Positions 40,401 through 51,300 of a stretch of DNA of 64,000 bases are shown piece after piece. The position numbers were made by a program, and so were the translations under genes. Every line of letters starts with the position of its first letter. Position 1 is the stretch's first letter. This DNA comes from Pseudomonadota bacterium. GTDB taxonomy: Bacteria > Myxococcota_A > Polyangia > Polyangiales > JAKSBK01. The stretch spans positions 1,045-65,044 of the forward strand of contig JAKSBK010000148.1 of NCBI GenBank assembly GCA_022361155.1, given 5' to 3'. The notes below the pieces were generated by a model. The model was not told the DNA's origin. It did no database searches and saw nothing but the letters and a program-made list of their open reading frames with translations.

Positions 40401-42372
40401 GCTGGAGCTGTACAGGGCGCTCTTGCTCGATCTGCCGCGGCTGCACGACAACGCACGCCTCGGTACAGTGCAGCTGGCTACCGGCGGCAAGCAGGCAGCC
40501 AGGCAGCAGCTTGCACGGCACGCGGTTCAACCTGGATTGCTGGAACAGTTCGCGCAGCAGGTGCGTCGCAGCCCTGACCAGACGGCCGTGCGCTGCGGGC
40601 AACGCGAGCTGAGCTATGGCGAGCTTGACGTGTCGGCGAGCCGCGTCGCGCAGGCGCTCGTTGCCCGTGGCGTGGGCGCGGAGGTGCGAATCGGCCTGTG
40701 CCTGGAGCGCTCGCTCGAGTCGGTCATCGGCCTGCTGGGCATCCTCAAAGCCGGTGCGTGCTACATGCCGCTGGAACCCGGGTTGCCCGAAGCGCGCCAG
40801 CGCATCTTGTTGGCCGACGCCCAGGTCGAGTGGGTGCTGGGAGAAGTGGACGCCGGCTTGAGAGCTTCGGTGGGGGCGCTGGCCCTTGACGAGCTCCTCG
40901 CCGAGCCCCCGCACAGCACGCAGCCGCCGCCGCTCGAGCGCAACCCGCAGGGGCTAGCGTACGTGATCTACACCTCGGGCTCGACAGGCAGGCCGAAGGG
41001 TGTGGGGATCAGCGATGCACAAGTGCTCCGCCTTTTCGAGGCAACCAGGGGGCTGTTCCGGTTCGGGGAGCACGACGTGTGGACGCTGTTTCATTCGCAC
41101 GCCTTCGATTTTTCGGTGTGGGAGCTCTGGGGCGCCCTGCTGTACGGCGGGACGCTCGAGGTGGTGCCGTACGAAGTAAGCCGCGACCCGGCGGCCTTGT
41201 ACAAGCTGCTGGTCGAGCGCGGCGTAACCGTGCTCAGTCAGACCCCTTCGGCGTTCCATGCGCTTTGCGCGCATGTGTCGAGCTTGGAGCAACCCGAAGC
41301 AGGGCTCAAGCTCGGCACGGTCGTGCTCGGCGGCGAGGCACTGGATGTCCGGCGGCTCGAGCCCTGGTTCGAAGTGTTCGGCCGCGCAGGACCCAGACTG
41401 TTCAACATGTACGGCATCACCGAAACCACGGTCCATGTCACCTGCGCCGAGATCACCCCGCGGCTTGCGGCAGCTGATGGTCCCAATTGGATCGGCAAGC
41501 CGCTGGCCGATCTCGAGGTGTACGTTTTGGACCCGTTGGGAAACCCGTTGCCGGAAGGCGTCGCCGGTGAGCTGTGCATCGGAGGCGCGGGTGTAGGGCG
41601 CGGCTACGTCGGGCATTCGGGTTTGACAGCGGAACGTTTCGTCCCGAATCGTTTCGGAGCGCCCGGCGCTCGTCTGTACCGAAGCGGTGACTTGGGACGG
41701 ATCCGAAGCGACGGCAGCCTGGAGTACCTCGGCCGCATCGATAGCCAGGTGAAGCTGCGCGGCTATCGCATCGAGCCAGGCGAGATCGCAAGCGTGCTGC
41801 GCGCGCATCCGCAGGTGCGGGATGCCGTGGTGTTGCTCGACGCTGGTGAGGGATCAAGCCGCTGCCCGGACGATGCACGCCTGGTTGCATGCCTGGTCGC
41901 TGATGCGGATGAGCTCGCGGTTGAAGGCGTGCGGGCCTTTTTGCGGGAGCAGCTGCCGCAGTACATGCTGCCGAGCCAGTGTCTAGTGCTGCAGGCGCTT
42001 CCTCTCACGTTCAACGGCAAGCTCGACACCCGAGTGCTCTTCGAGCGCGCGCGGCAGGAGCGGGCCACGTCGGGCACGAGCCCGGCGCGCGTGGCGCCCC
42101 GCAACGAAACCGAACGCGTGCTGGCCGCGCTCTGGGCCGATGTGCTCGAGGTTTCCGATGTGGGCGTATTCGACGACTTCTTCGCGCTCGGCGGGCACTC
42201 GCTTTCGGCAATGCGGATCGCGGCCCGGATCCGCACGGAGCTGGGACTGGACCTGCCGCCCAGGCACCTGTTCGAAGCCAGCACGGTCGCCACGCTGGCC
42301 TCGGTGGTCGCGGAGCTGCGCGCGCGTAACGACACCGAGCACGCGGGCTCCGGCGCGGGAGCGGGGCCATGA
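34408..42372 (+). CDS. NRPS 2: C-A-T-E-C-A-T (modules 3-4)
   Basis: ATG 34408 is 2 nt after the NRPS 1 stop; the listed ORF start 33586 overlaps the NRPS 1 E domain. C: IYALSPLQRGMLFH, EHLILDGWC. A: YVIYTSGSSGRPKG, SDLGHT, LKLTASQL, NHYGPTEATIG. T: FFELGGDSIQS. E: HHLAVDVVSW. C: LYRCSPMQEGLL, HHVLLDGWCS. A: FDFSVWE, NMYGITETTVH. T: FFALGGHSLSA. Confidence 0.95.
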   Translation: MAAAETVEDIYALSPLQRGMLFHRLYSEGSRTYFVQARLRIDGLLDRERFRTAWQQLIDRHPALRTFFVWQGVEEPLQVVQPRGTVTLRWEYRDWRNASEPKLAERLEEFFERDHARGLDLGKAPLFRITLLRLPEWHLCVFSHEHLILDGWCLPLLISELLELYESGRSGRPPDLAPAVPYKRLIAWLAAQPQAAAERHWKQRLRGFGEPTPLPLRRTSAPNHLPAAKAGFAEALLVLDQTQTERLQTFARASGLTLNTLVQGAWAQLLARHAAQDEVVFGVTVSGRAAELEDAELVVGPCLNTLPLRIRSEPWRRLVPWLRSLQQQNLELRQFGHVGLSELQHCRAPGTRGEQPAPLFESIVVFENYPSRALVSKGPQPLRVCPLQLPLDSAARLRSAERNNYPLTLVAAPGPRLELMLAHAKSEIELQDAGRLLVELTTILNAFAEVPRGLPGPALGALPSLAGAPSGRVSPVPRPSRQAASIVRRFTGNVTKRPDATALVSGEVSLSYSELERRSSAVAQRLLGHFAARASAERRIAICTRGWQGVAALLGALRAGASYVPIDRDWPAARRSWVLEDSQASAVLVDEPSRSLVDGHGCIEVMVLGGVAEEGLQQPAGPAPLPATCEPTGEEIAYVIYTSGSSGRPKGVAVSHAALLHYVEAVGETLGFQPGLSFGLMSSFASDLGHTATFGSLGFGGTLHVLAPEVALDGGAFGAYQREHALDVLKLTASQLQILLDAPEPGTVLPRRHLILGGEALTSELVDKLDVLVSEHAPGCRVSNHYGPTEATIGALLEPVLPRSESERGISLAPAIGRPLPRMYATVADRHGRTLPEGAAGELYLGGPGLALGYLDRPALTAERFVPDPAGTYPGTRLYRTGDRVRRRRDGRMEFLGRTDRQLKLRGHRIEPCEIETLLRRAPELRDAAVKAVLIDGEAQLVAYCLAKGTLRASESTLRARLAERLPDAMVPAHFVQLDTWPLTHNGKLDYGALPSPRLQAASFTAPRGETEAVLAELWAAVLGREDIGVHASFFELGGDSIQSLQIVARARRRGLCFTPKDVFEARTIARLAERIEASQAVGSGAAQARLSGDGAELDGSRAFALTPIQQRFFEARHPNPNRWNQALILRVAGRLQPKTVVRAVQQLYRRHPALRLRFEHDCELGWKQRAASASEPVAVQLVDLSHLPEVEQGTAIESFSERAQHSLDLERGPLFGAVWFDCGTGRAARLLLFAHHLAVDVVSWQVLLSELGALCSGQNLPDAATSYLRWAAALAQAAAAPELLEQLPYWLRATGQELPRDGEPAGGFTCDRAVGLQRTLPASLTRALWQRAPAAYRVEVDDILLAAVAVSLGKSWGLSQVVIECEAHGRGHPRLALDLSSSVGWFTSRYPLRLDLAGELDPEHVLASVHAQRRALPHQGIGYGLLRYLRSADSEPLRRLRALPAPQIGFNNLGRIGLGVEPQGLFARAAESVRGMRDPQSLRSQPLELTVRVEDDGLRLDWIYDPELHRQQTIEQLAGACELALRKLLQRLAAPCDRPTAKLDAEALVLSGLTQSQLDSLALAAHEVEDLYRCSPMQEGLLAHSLTRPSDYINQLSLRVQGLGPRALEHAWQALMDRHPILRTGFVWRLARSAERASELPWPVQVVYRHVPVQVERRDLSHLDPAEQEQSWSRLLEQDREAGYDLTRAPLWRVLVAECGADRQRILWSRHHVLLDGWCSSRLLAEWLELYESHRRGRPVRPGTVAPYRDYIAWLAKQDHEAARAFWDSSLAQFEHPTALPFQDADPAFGSPRRSGAATEQVVLEVGRGQCAELRRWAGTHQLTLGSVCQGAWALLLARMSGERTVTFGVTVSGRPATLAGVEHMLGLFINSLPMRVSCPPEQTVCQWLAELQAHNSELREYEYSSLASIQERVQQRERANGNGNAGEALFDSLFVFENYPVDAALTQARAGLQLLGVSRRDPSHYGLTLVVLPGAELRLELQYDSARYTGKRAARVLELYRALLLDLPRLHDNARLGTVQLATGGKQAARQQLARHAVQPGLLEQFAQQVRRSPDQTAVRCGQRELSYGELDVSASRVAQALVARGVGAEVRIGLCLERSLESVIGLLGILKAGACYMPLEPGLPEARQRILLADAQVEWVLGEVDAGLRASVGALALDELLAEPPHSTQPPPLERNPQGLAYVIYTSGSTGRPKGVGISDAQVLRLFEATRGLFRFGEHDVWTLFHSHAFDFSVWELWGALLYGGTLEVVPYEVSRDPAALYKLLVERGVTVLSQTPSAFHALCAHVSSLEQPEAGLKLGTVVLGGEALDVRRLEPWFEVFGRAGPRLFNMYGITETTVHVTCAEITPRLAAADGPNWIGKPLADLEVYVLDPLGNPLPEGVAGELCIGGAGVGRGYVGHSGLTAERFVPNRFGAPGARLYRSGDLGRIRSDGSLEYLGRIDSQVKLRGYRIEPGEIASVLRAHPQVRDAVVLLDAGEGSSRCPDDARLVACLVADADELAVEGVRAFLREQLPQYMLPSQCLVLQALPLTFNGKLDTRVLFERARQERATSGTSPARVAPRNETERVLAALWADVLEVSDVGVFDDFFALGGHSLSAMRIAARIRTELGLDLPPRHLFEASTVATLASVVAELRARNDTEHAGSGAGAGP

Positions 42373-45300
42373 GCCTGACTGCGGAGCGCGCTGGCAATCA
42401 CACGGCCGATCGCGAGTACCCAGCCAGCTGCGAGCAGCAGCGGCTTTGGACGCTGGCGCAGCTCGAGCCGGCGGGCTCGGCGTACCACATCGCAGCCGCC
42501 CTACGCCTGCGCGGCAGTCTGGACGAGTCCGCGTTGCGGGAAGCCTTTCGTCGGCTCGTGGCGCGGCATCCGAGCTTGCGCACCTGTTTCGTGCACGACG
42601 GCAGGCAGCTGCTGCAACGCGTGTCCGACCAGCTGGACTGGCCCTTCGAGCGCCTGGATCCCTCTTCGCTCACCTGTGCGGCGCGCGCTCGCCTGCAGCG
42701 AGAATCGGCTGGATGGACGCAGCCGGGTGAGCTGGCGCAGCTGCACGAGGCGCTCCAGCGTCCGTTTCCGCTTGCGAACGGCCCACTCGGACGTGTGACG
42801 CTGCTGTCCCTGGCTGCGCGCGAACATATCCTCGTTGTGACCGTGCACCACCTCGTCGCCGATGGGGTCTCCATGCAGGTGCTGGCGCGGCAGTGGGCCG
42901 AGCTGTATGCCGCGCTCAGCTCGGGCGCCGCCTTGCCGTGTGACGAACCGTGTGCGCCCTATTCCGCCTACAGCGAGTGGCAGCGTGACTGGCTGGAAGG
43001 CGACACCGCCCGCGAGCAGCTCGATTACTGGCGTCTCGAGCTCAGTCCCGTGGCAAGCGGTCCCTTTGCTCGCGGTCGAGGGTCGGATCCGTCCGGTGCG
43101 GGTCGCAAGGCCGGACGTCTCGCCCTCGAGCTGCCTGCGCGGTTGTGCCGGGAATTGGCGGACTTGAGCCGCCGCCAGCGGGCATCGCTCTTCATGACCC
43201 TGCACGCCGCGCTGCACGCGTTGCTCTACCGCTACGGGGGACCGGGTGACGTGCGCGTTGGCACACCGATCGCCAACCGCATGCGCCCGGAATGGACCGA
43301 GAGCGTGGGGTTGTTCGCCAACACCGTGGTGCTGCGCAGCCGCTGTCAGGGTAGCCTGCGCTTCAGCGAGCTGCTCGAGCAGATCAAGGCCCGCGCACTG
43401 AAAGCGTACGGGAACCAAGCGCTTCCGTTCGATCGGATCGTGGAGCGACTGGCGCCCGCTCGGGAGCCCGGGCGAAACCCGCTGTTTCAGGTCCTGTTCT
43501 CCATGCAACAGATGCCGGCACCTTTTCGCGCCGGCGGGCTCGCGTGCGAGCCGCTTTCCTTGCCGCCCCGCGACGCGAAGCTCGAGCTCGCGCTGCACGC
43601 GTTCACGAACACGCGTGCGGCGGGCGCTGCGCCCGGGCTCGCGCTTGCGCTCGAGTACGAGCGAGGGCTGCTGGATGCCGCCCGAGCGCAACGTTTGCTC
43701 GACAGCTACCGCGGCCTCTTGAAACGCGTAGTCCACGACCCGCATGTTCGCCTGGGCAACCTCGAGCTCGTGGGCGAGCCAAAGCCACGCCCGCCGCAGC
43801 AGGCCACGAGCGGCACGGCAACGTCGCTGACCAACTTGGTCGAGTGGTTTGCCGCCCGGGCGGCGAGCACACCCGAACGGATTGCGCTCAGCTACGAAAA
43901 CCGGAGCCTTACCTACCGCGAGCTGGACGAGCTATCGAACCGCCTGGCGCACGCGCTGTGCGACCGCGGCGCGGGCCCGGAGAAACGCATAGCGGTAGCG
44001 CTCCCGAGCTCGCTAGAGCTTGTGATCGCAATCCTGGGGACGCTCAAGGCGGGCGCGGCCTACGTTCCAATCGAGCAGCAGCTGCCCGAGGCACGGCAAC
44101 GCTACCTGGTAAAGGACGCCGGAGCCATGCTGGTACTCGCGGATTCGGCGCCTTCCCTGGGCGACAACGCACAGGTGCTTTCCGTACCTCGGCTGCTCGA
44201 AAGCGCGAGCCAGCACGCCGATCGACCGCTCGTGGATCTCGATCCGGACAACCTGGCTTACGTTATCTACACCTCGGGCTCGACGGGCAGACCCAAGGGC
44301 GTCGGCATCTCCCACCGGCAAGTCGTGCGCTTGTTTCGCGCCACGCAGCCTGATTTTGGCTTCGGTCCACGAGACGTGTGGGCGCTTCTTCATTCGCACG
44401 CCTTTGATTTCTCCGTCTGGGAGCTGTGGGGCGCGTTGCTCTATGGAGGGCAGCTGGTGGTGGTTCCCTCCCGGGTGAGCCGTGATCCGGGTGCACTGCA
44501 GGACTTGCTCGTGAGCCGCGGGGTCACGGTCCTGAACCAAACCCCTTCCGCCTTCTACGAGCTCGCCCGGCAGTTGATCGCGTTTCCGGAGCCGGGGCTT
44601 GGGCTGCACACGATCGTGTTTGGTGGCGAGGCGCTGGACAGGCGTCGCCTGGACGGTTGGTTTTCGCATTTCGGGCGACACCCGCGTTTGGCCAACATGT
44701 ACGGGATCACAGAAACCGCCGTGCACGTGACCTGCGCGTGGCTTGGGCCGGCACCAAGCCAGCCCGCGGGCGCGGGCGCGAGCTTGGTCGGCGAACCTCT
44801 TCGAGATCGGTACGTTCGGCTGCTGGACGGCGATGGGAATTGCGTGCCCGAGGGCATGCCCGGCGAGCTTTGTGTTGGCGGCGGCGGCATCGGGCGAGGC
44901 TACCTCGACCGGCCCGGGCTAACAGCGGAGCGGTTCGTCCCCGACGCGCTGGGGCCGGCCGGCAGCCGCCTGTATCGCAGCGGTGACCTGGCCCGGACAA
45001 GCGAGCACGGCCTCGAGTTTCTAGGGCGCCTCGATGCGCAGATCAAGCTTCGCGGCTACCGCATCGAGCCCGGTGAGATAGCGGCCGTATTGCGCGAGCA
45101 CCCGCGCGTGCGCGACGCAGTGGTGCTCTTGACACGGCGCGATACAACGGCTTGCGACGACCACAGCCGGCCGGGCATGTTGATCGCCTATGTCGTGCCC
45201 GACCGCTGCCAGGACCAAGCGCCGGATCGGGATTCCGCTCATGGGCTGGATCACGACGACCTCCGAGCTGGTGCGCTGGCGTTCGCCGCGACTCGACTGC

Positions 45301-48300
45301 CCGAGTACATGCTGCCGGCGGAAGTCGTCCTGCTTGAACGCCTGCCGCTGACGCCCAACGGCAAGCTGGATCGGCAAGCGTTGCCTGGTGTGCAGTCGGC
45401 CGAGGCCCCAAGCAGACACGCGCGGCCACACAACGAACGCGAGCGCAAGCTGGCGGCGATATTCGCGAGCGTCCTGGGGTTATCCGAAGTCAGTGTCCAC
45501 GACAGTTTCTTTCAGCGCGGCGGCGACTCCATCTTGGCGATGCAGGTGGTCCACCGCGCTCGCAAGGCCGGCATCGAGCTCACTCCGCAGCAGCTGTTCC
45601 GGCACCAGAGCGTCGAGGCGCTTGCGGTCTCGAGTCGCGAGCGTGCCAAGCCCCTGCCGAGCTCCGTCGCTCCGAGGCCGCAAGACGAGGATTGGCAGCG
45701 CCGGCAACGCGAGCGCTTGGCGGCTCGCTTCCCCGCCCTCGAACAGGTCTTGCCGCTTACGTCGCTGCACAAGGGCCTGTGGTTCCAGAGCCAGCATGCT
45801 CCCGAGGACCCGGTATACCACGAGCAGCTGACGCTGAGCTTCCGCGGCGAGTACCGGCTTGCGGCATGGCGGAGCGCCTGGACCCGGGTGCTGGAGCGCC
45901 ACCCGGTGCTTCGCAGCGCTTTTATTTGGGAAGGAAGCGAGGATCCCTGCCAGCTGGTGCTCGAGCCCGGCGCGCTGGACCTGCCGCTGGTGATTCACGA
46001 CCTGTCCCGGCTTCCATCCGCTCAGCAGGGCGCTCGCCTCGAGGACCTGCAAAAGGAAGCCTACGCGCAGCCCTTCCGCTTCGATGAGGCGCCGCTGTTC
46101 AGGCTGCAGCTCGTGACCACGGCGGCGCGCGAGTTTCACCTGATATGGACCCACCACCACCTTCTGCTCGACGGCTGGAGCGTGGCTCAGGTGCTCGGCG
46201 AATTGCTGGCGGCGCACCGTTCGGCGCGCACGGGTGAAGCAGCAGCCCTGGCTCCGGTGCCTTCGTACCAGGAGTACCTGCGCTGGCGAGCCGCGCGCGA
46301 CACCCGGGCAGCCGAACGCTTCTGGAAACGAGAGCTCGAGGCCTTGCCGGCCCCTACCCGTCTGGTTGATCCCTCGGCCGGCCCGCGTCCTGCCGGGGCC
46401 GGATCGCACGAGCGGGCCGAGCTGACCCTCGACCTCGAGCAAACCGAAGCACTGCGTGCATTCTGTCGCAGCCATGCGCTGACGCCGAATAGCGTGCTGT
46501 CGGCGGTCTGGGCACTGTTGCTCGGCCGGTACACCGGCGCGACCGACGTCTGTTTTGGCATCACGCTTGCCGGGCGTCCGAGCGAGCTTCAAGGCATCCA
46601 GCGCGCGGTGGGCTTGTTCATCGAGACGCTGCCCCTGCGAATCAAGCTCGCATCCGAGCAGCGTCTGATCGATTGGCTGGCCGATTCTCAGCTTCGGCAA
46701 GCCGCCATGCAAGAGCACTTGGGTCATGGGCTGCCCGAAGTGGCACGCTGGGCAGGCCGGGCGCCCGGCGAGCTTTTCGAGTGCCTGTGGGTGTTCGAGA
46801 ACTACCGGCTCGACGAGGACATGCGGAAGCCAGACCCCGAGCTCGAGCTGCACGCGTACCGCTATGCCGACCGCACTCACTACCCCCTGACCGTAGCAGC
46901 CTCGTGCGGCAGGCGGGTGCTGATTCGTGTCAACCACGAGAGCCGGCGTTTTGGCTCTCGCTTCGTCTCGCAGTTGCTCGAGCACTACCGGCAGCTCTTG
47001 CTCGACGTGCTTTGCGAGGACGCAAGCGACCGTGTCTTGGCATCGCTCGGTCTGCGGGCTGCCGGGCCGGCGAGCGTAGCCGCGGTTTCCGCCTTCTCGC
47101 GCGGGCCCGGAAACGCGCTCGATTGGGCGCACCCGGCTTCGGACGTAATTGCCCAGTTCGAGGCCCACGTGCAGCACCGGCCGTCGGCCAGTGCACTGCG
47201 AGACGGGCGGTGTACGTTGAGCTACGCCGAGCTCGACGCCCGCGCGAACCGACTGGCGCACGCGCTTGCTACCCGGATCGAGGCCGAGCCGGATGTTGGC
47301 GTGGCCGTGTTGCTGCCGCGGTCGATCGAGTGGGTGGTGGCATTGCTTGGAACGCTCAAGTCGGGCTGCGCGTACATCCCGATCGATCCGCAGACGCCTG
47401 CAGCGCGCGTGCTCGCGTTGTTGAAGGATGCCGCCCCGGCGGCCGTGATCTCCGATCGGCAGCACGAGCCCGTGCTTGCCCGTTGTGGCGCGCCCGTCCT
47501 TTACCTGGATGCGCTGAGCGATGCAGCGGCCGCCGCCGAGCCCCGTTTCCGGCGGAGCGCGATCCATGCTTCGCAGCTGGCGTACGTGATCTACACCTCG
47601 GGTTCCACGGGCACGCCCAAAGGCGTGGCTGTCAGTCGCGGCTCGCTGCTGAATCTGTGCGCCTGGCATCGGGACCAGTACCGGCTCGGCGTGGGCGATC
47701 GCGGCAGTCTGGTCGCGGGCCTGGGCTTCGACGCTGCGGTCTGGGAGCTGTGGCCGTACCTGTGCGGTGGGGCGAGCCTGCAGATCATCGACGAGTGCAC
47801 GCGGCATGATCCGGCTGCGTTGCTCCGAGAGCTGACCCGGCAAGGAGTGACGATCGCGTTCGTGCCCACGCCGCTTGCCCAGCGCATGCTGGAGCTCCCG
47901 TGGCCGCAACAGTCCACGCTGCGCTGCCTGCTTACGGGCGGAGACCGATTGCAGCCGCTCGATGCGGCACCGCCCGTCCAGCTGGTCAATCACTACGGCC
48001 CCACGGAGCACACGGTGGTTGCAACGGCCACGGTCATCGACGAGTGCGCTGGCCGGCATCCACCGATCGGTCGCCCCATCGGCGATACCCGGGCGTACGT
48101 TTTGGACAGCGCCATGAACCCGCTGCCCGCGGGAGTGCCCGGCGAGCTCTGGCTGGGCGGCAAGAGCCTGGCGCGAGGCTATCTAGGTAGTCCGGCACGA
48201 ACCGCAGCCCGTTTTCGACCTGATCGGTTCGGCTGCGCGGGCGAGCGGCTCTATCGCACCGGTGATCGCGTGCGCTGGCGATCGGACGGGCAGCTCGAGT

Positions 48301-51300
48301 TTCTCGGCCGCATCGATCGCCAGCTCAAGCTCCAAGGGGTACGGATTGAACTGGCCGAAGTCGAAGCCGCCTTGGCTGCGCAACCGACGCTGCGCCGGGC
48401 GGCCGTCGTGCTGTCCGAGCCCGGCCAGGCGCCGCCGCAGCTGGTAGCGTTCGTGAGCTCAGAGCCCGGGACTTTCGACGAGGCCGCGCTGCGCCGGGCT
48501 CTGCTCGAATCGCTGCCGCCGGCCATGGTGCCGGCGCGGTTCATCGAAATCGAGCAATTGCCGCTGACGAGCCGGGGCAAGGTCGATTACGAGGCGCTGC
48601 GCCGGTCCGTACCCGGCGCCGGCAAGCGCGAGCTCGCTGCGACCGAGGGCCGCGATCGGATCGAGCGCACGCTGCTCGAAATCTGGCGTGATCTCCTGCG
48701 GGCACGCGACTTTGGTGTGCACGATAACTTCTTCACTCTGGGTGGGGACTCGATTGTCAGCCTGCAGATGCTCAACCGCGCTCGTGAACGCGGAATCGAG
48801 CTCAAGTCTCGCCAGGTATTCGAAGCGCCTACGGTTGCCGCCCTGGCGCGCGTTGCCCGCTCGCCCCACCAACCGGATCAAGCTGCTGCCGCACGCCCGG
48901 TTCGGGTTTCGGAAGCAGATTTGAATCGGCTCGCGACGCTGCTTCGTAGCAAAGGCGTGCTCGGCGCCAAGGATCGAGCGAGCGCGGCGATCGAGGACGC
49001 CTATCGACTCGCGCCGCTGCAGGAAGGGCTGCTTTTTCACGAACTGACCCGAGATCGCGAACCAGGCCCCGGGACCTACATACAACAGGCGAGCGTGCTG
49101 TTGCGCGGCGTGCTTGACGCGAGCGCGCTGGCCGCGGCCTGGCGGCTGATGCTCGAGCGGCACGCTGCCTTGCGCACCGCGATCGTGTGGGAACAGGTCG
49201 AGCGCCCGCAGCAGGTGGTGCTGGCGCCTCGTGAACCGGGAGCTCGAAGCGAGCTTGTACGGCGTGACCTGCGCTCGCTGTCCCGACCCGCGCGCAAGCA
49301 GCGTCTCGAGCAGCTCTTGGCCGCTGAACGCGAACAACGCTTCGAGCTCTGTGCACCACCCCTGTGCCGGGCCTTGCTCGTGCAAACACACGACCAGCGC
49401 TGGCAGCTCGTGTTGACACATCATCACGCGATTCTCGACGGTTGGTCGCTTGGCTTGTTGCTCGAGGAGTGGTCACGGGCCTACGCGGCACTCGCCAAGG
49501 GCGCGCAGCCACGCTTCGCGCCGCCGGGCTCGTACCGCGCTTTTGTGGACTGGCTGGCGGGTCAAGACGCGGCGGCTGCTTGTGCCCACTTCCGATGCGA
49601 GCTGAATGGAGCGGCGCCCACGCTCGTTGCCGAAACCACGCTCGTTGCCGAAACCACGGCTGCGTGGCTGGCATCGGAGCGAGCACCGCATCCGTCCGGG
49701 GCCGGTCGTGCCGAGCTCGTAGCCCGGCTGCCCCGCGACCTCGAAGACCGACTGCGGGAGCAGGCTCGAGGGACAGGTTTGACGCTCAACACGTTCTGTC
49801 AGGCAGCATGGGCGCTGGTGCTTGCGCGGCGCTGTCGTGCGGACCAGGCCGTCTTTGGCGTGACCGTGGCCGGACGTCCCGCCGGCGTGGCCCAGACCGA
49901 GCGCGCGCTGGGACTCTTCATCAATACCCTGCCCGCTCGGATCGAGCTTCCGCCGGCCGCCGTCGTGGGTGCTTGGCTTGCCAGCGTGCAGGCACAGAAC
50001 GCCGAGCGCACGGAGCATGCGTTCTTGCCGCTATCCGAAGCGATTCGCGCCTGGCTGCCTGCCGGTTCAGCGCCCGCCGGGGACGGCCGGCCGACGCTAT
50101 TCGACAGTCTGTTCGTGTTCGAGAACTACCCTGTGGAACGCGCCTTGGGGCAGCTCGTGGGGCTCGAGGTCGAGTCCGTTCGCGTACACCACTTCACTCA
50201 TTACCCGCTTGCGGTCGTCGTCATGCCGGGCCCGCCCTTGCGGCTTCGCTTGACGTTCCGGACCGATCGCCTGTCCGAATCCGATGCGCATCGGCTCGCG
50301 AGCTCCATGATCACCGTGCTCGGGCAATTGGCCGGCCGGCCCGGCGCCCGATTGGGTGAGCTTTCGTCGTGTCTCCAGGTTGGACTGCAGGCAGGAACGC
50401 ACCCGGAACCGTTCATCCCTGTGCATTCGCGCTTCGAGGCACAGGTCGAGCGGGCTCCCGACGCTCCAGCCCTGCTATGGCGTGACGCCGCCTGGAGCTA
50501 CGCGTCACTGAACCGGGCTGCCAATCGCGCCGCGCGTGCGTTGCTGACCCTCGGGCTCGAGCCCGAGCAACGCGTGGCAGTGGCTTTGCGGCGCTCCCCG
50601 CGCCAAATCGCGTTGCTTCTCGGTGTGCTCAAGGCCGGCGGCGCCTTTGTCGTGCTCGAGCCCGAGCAACCCGTGGCGCGCCTGCGCTCCATGCTGCAGC
50701 AGGCCGGCGCGCGCTTGCTCCTCACGGATCTCGACCCGGCGCATCCCTTGCGGTGCGGCGCGAGCGCCGGCTGTACCGTGCTTGAAGGGCGCGGCGCGAG
50801 CGCCGGCTGTACCGTGCTTGAAGCGGAATCGTTGGATGGCTGCCCGGGCGGAGGCAATCCGGGCCTGCACGTGCATGAGCAAGCACTGGCTTACGTGTTG
50901 TTTACATCGGGATCGACCGGGCGCCCGAAGGGCGTGGCGATCGGGCACGGCAGCTGGAGCAATCATCTCGGCTGGCTGTGCCGCGAGCGCGAGCTGAGCG
51001 CGGCGGACCGCGTACTGTACAAGTCGTCGCTGGGCTTCGATGGCGCGCTGTGGGAGGTGTTTGGCGCTCTTGCCGCGGGCTCGAGCGTGGTCGTTGCCGG
51101 CAGTGGGCTCGAGCGCGACGCGGAGGGTTTGCTGGCGCTGGCCGTTCGACATCAGGTCAGCGTGGCGCAGTTCGTGCCTTCCCTGCTCGCCGCGCATCTC
51201 GACAGCTGGGCCTTGCGCCCGGAGCTTTGCCGCCTTCCCCTGCGCCTGCTGGCGTGCGGCGGCGAGGCGCTGCCCGTTGAGCTCGCTACCAGAGTATTAC

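Noticed and set aside
2011-50826. Tandem repeat arrays considered as CRISPR-like arrays
   Set aside because: All of them are head-to-tail repeats without spacers, have periods divisible by three and lie in frame within coding sequence. There are no cas genes.
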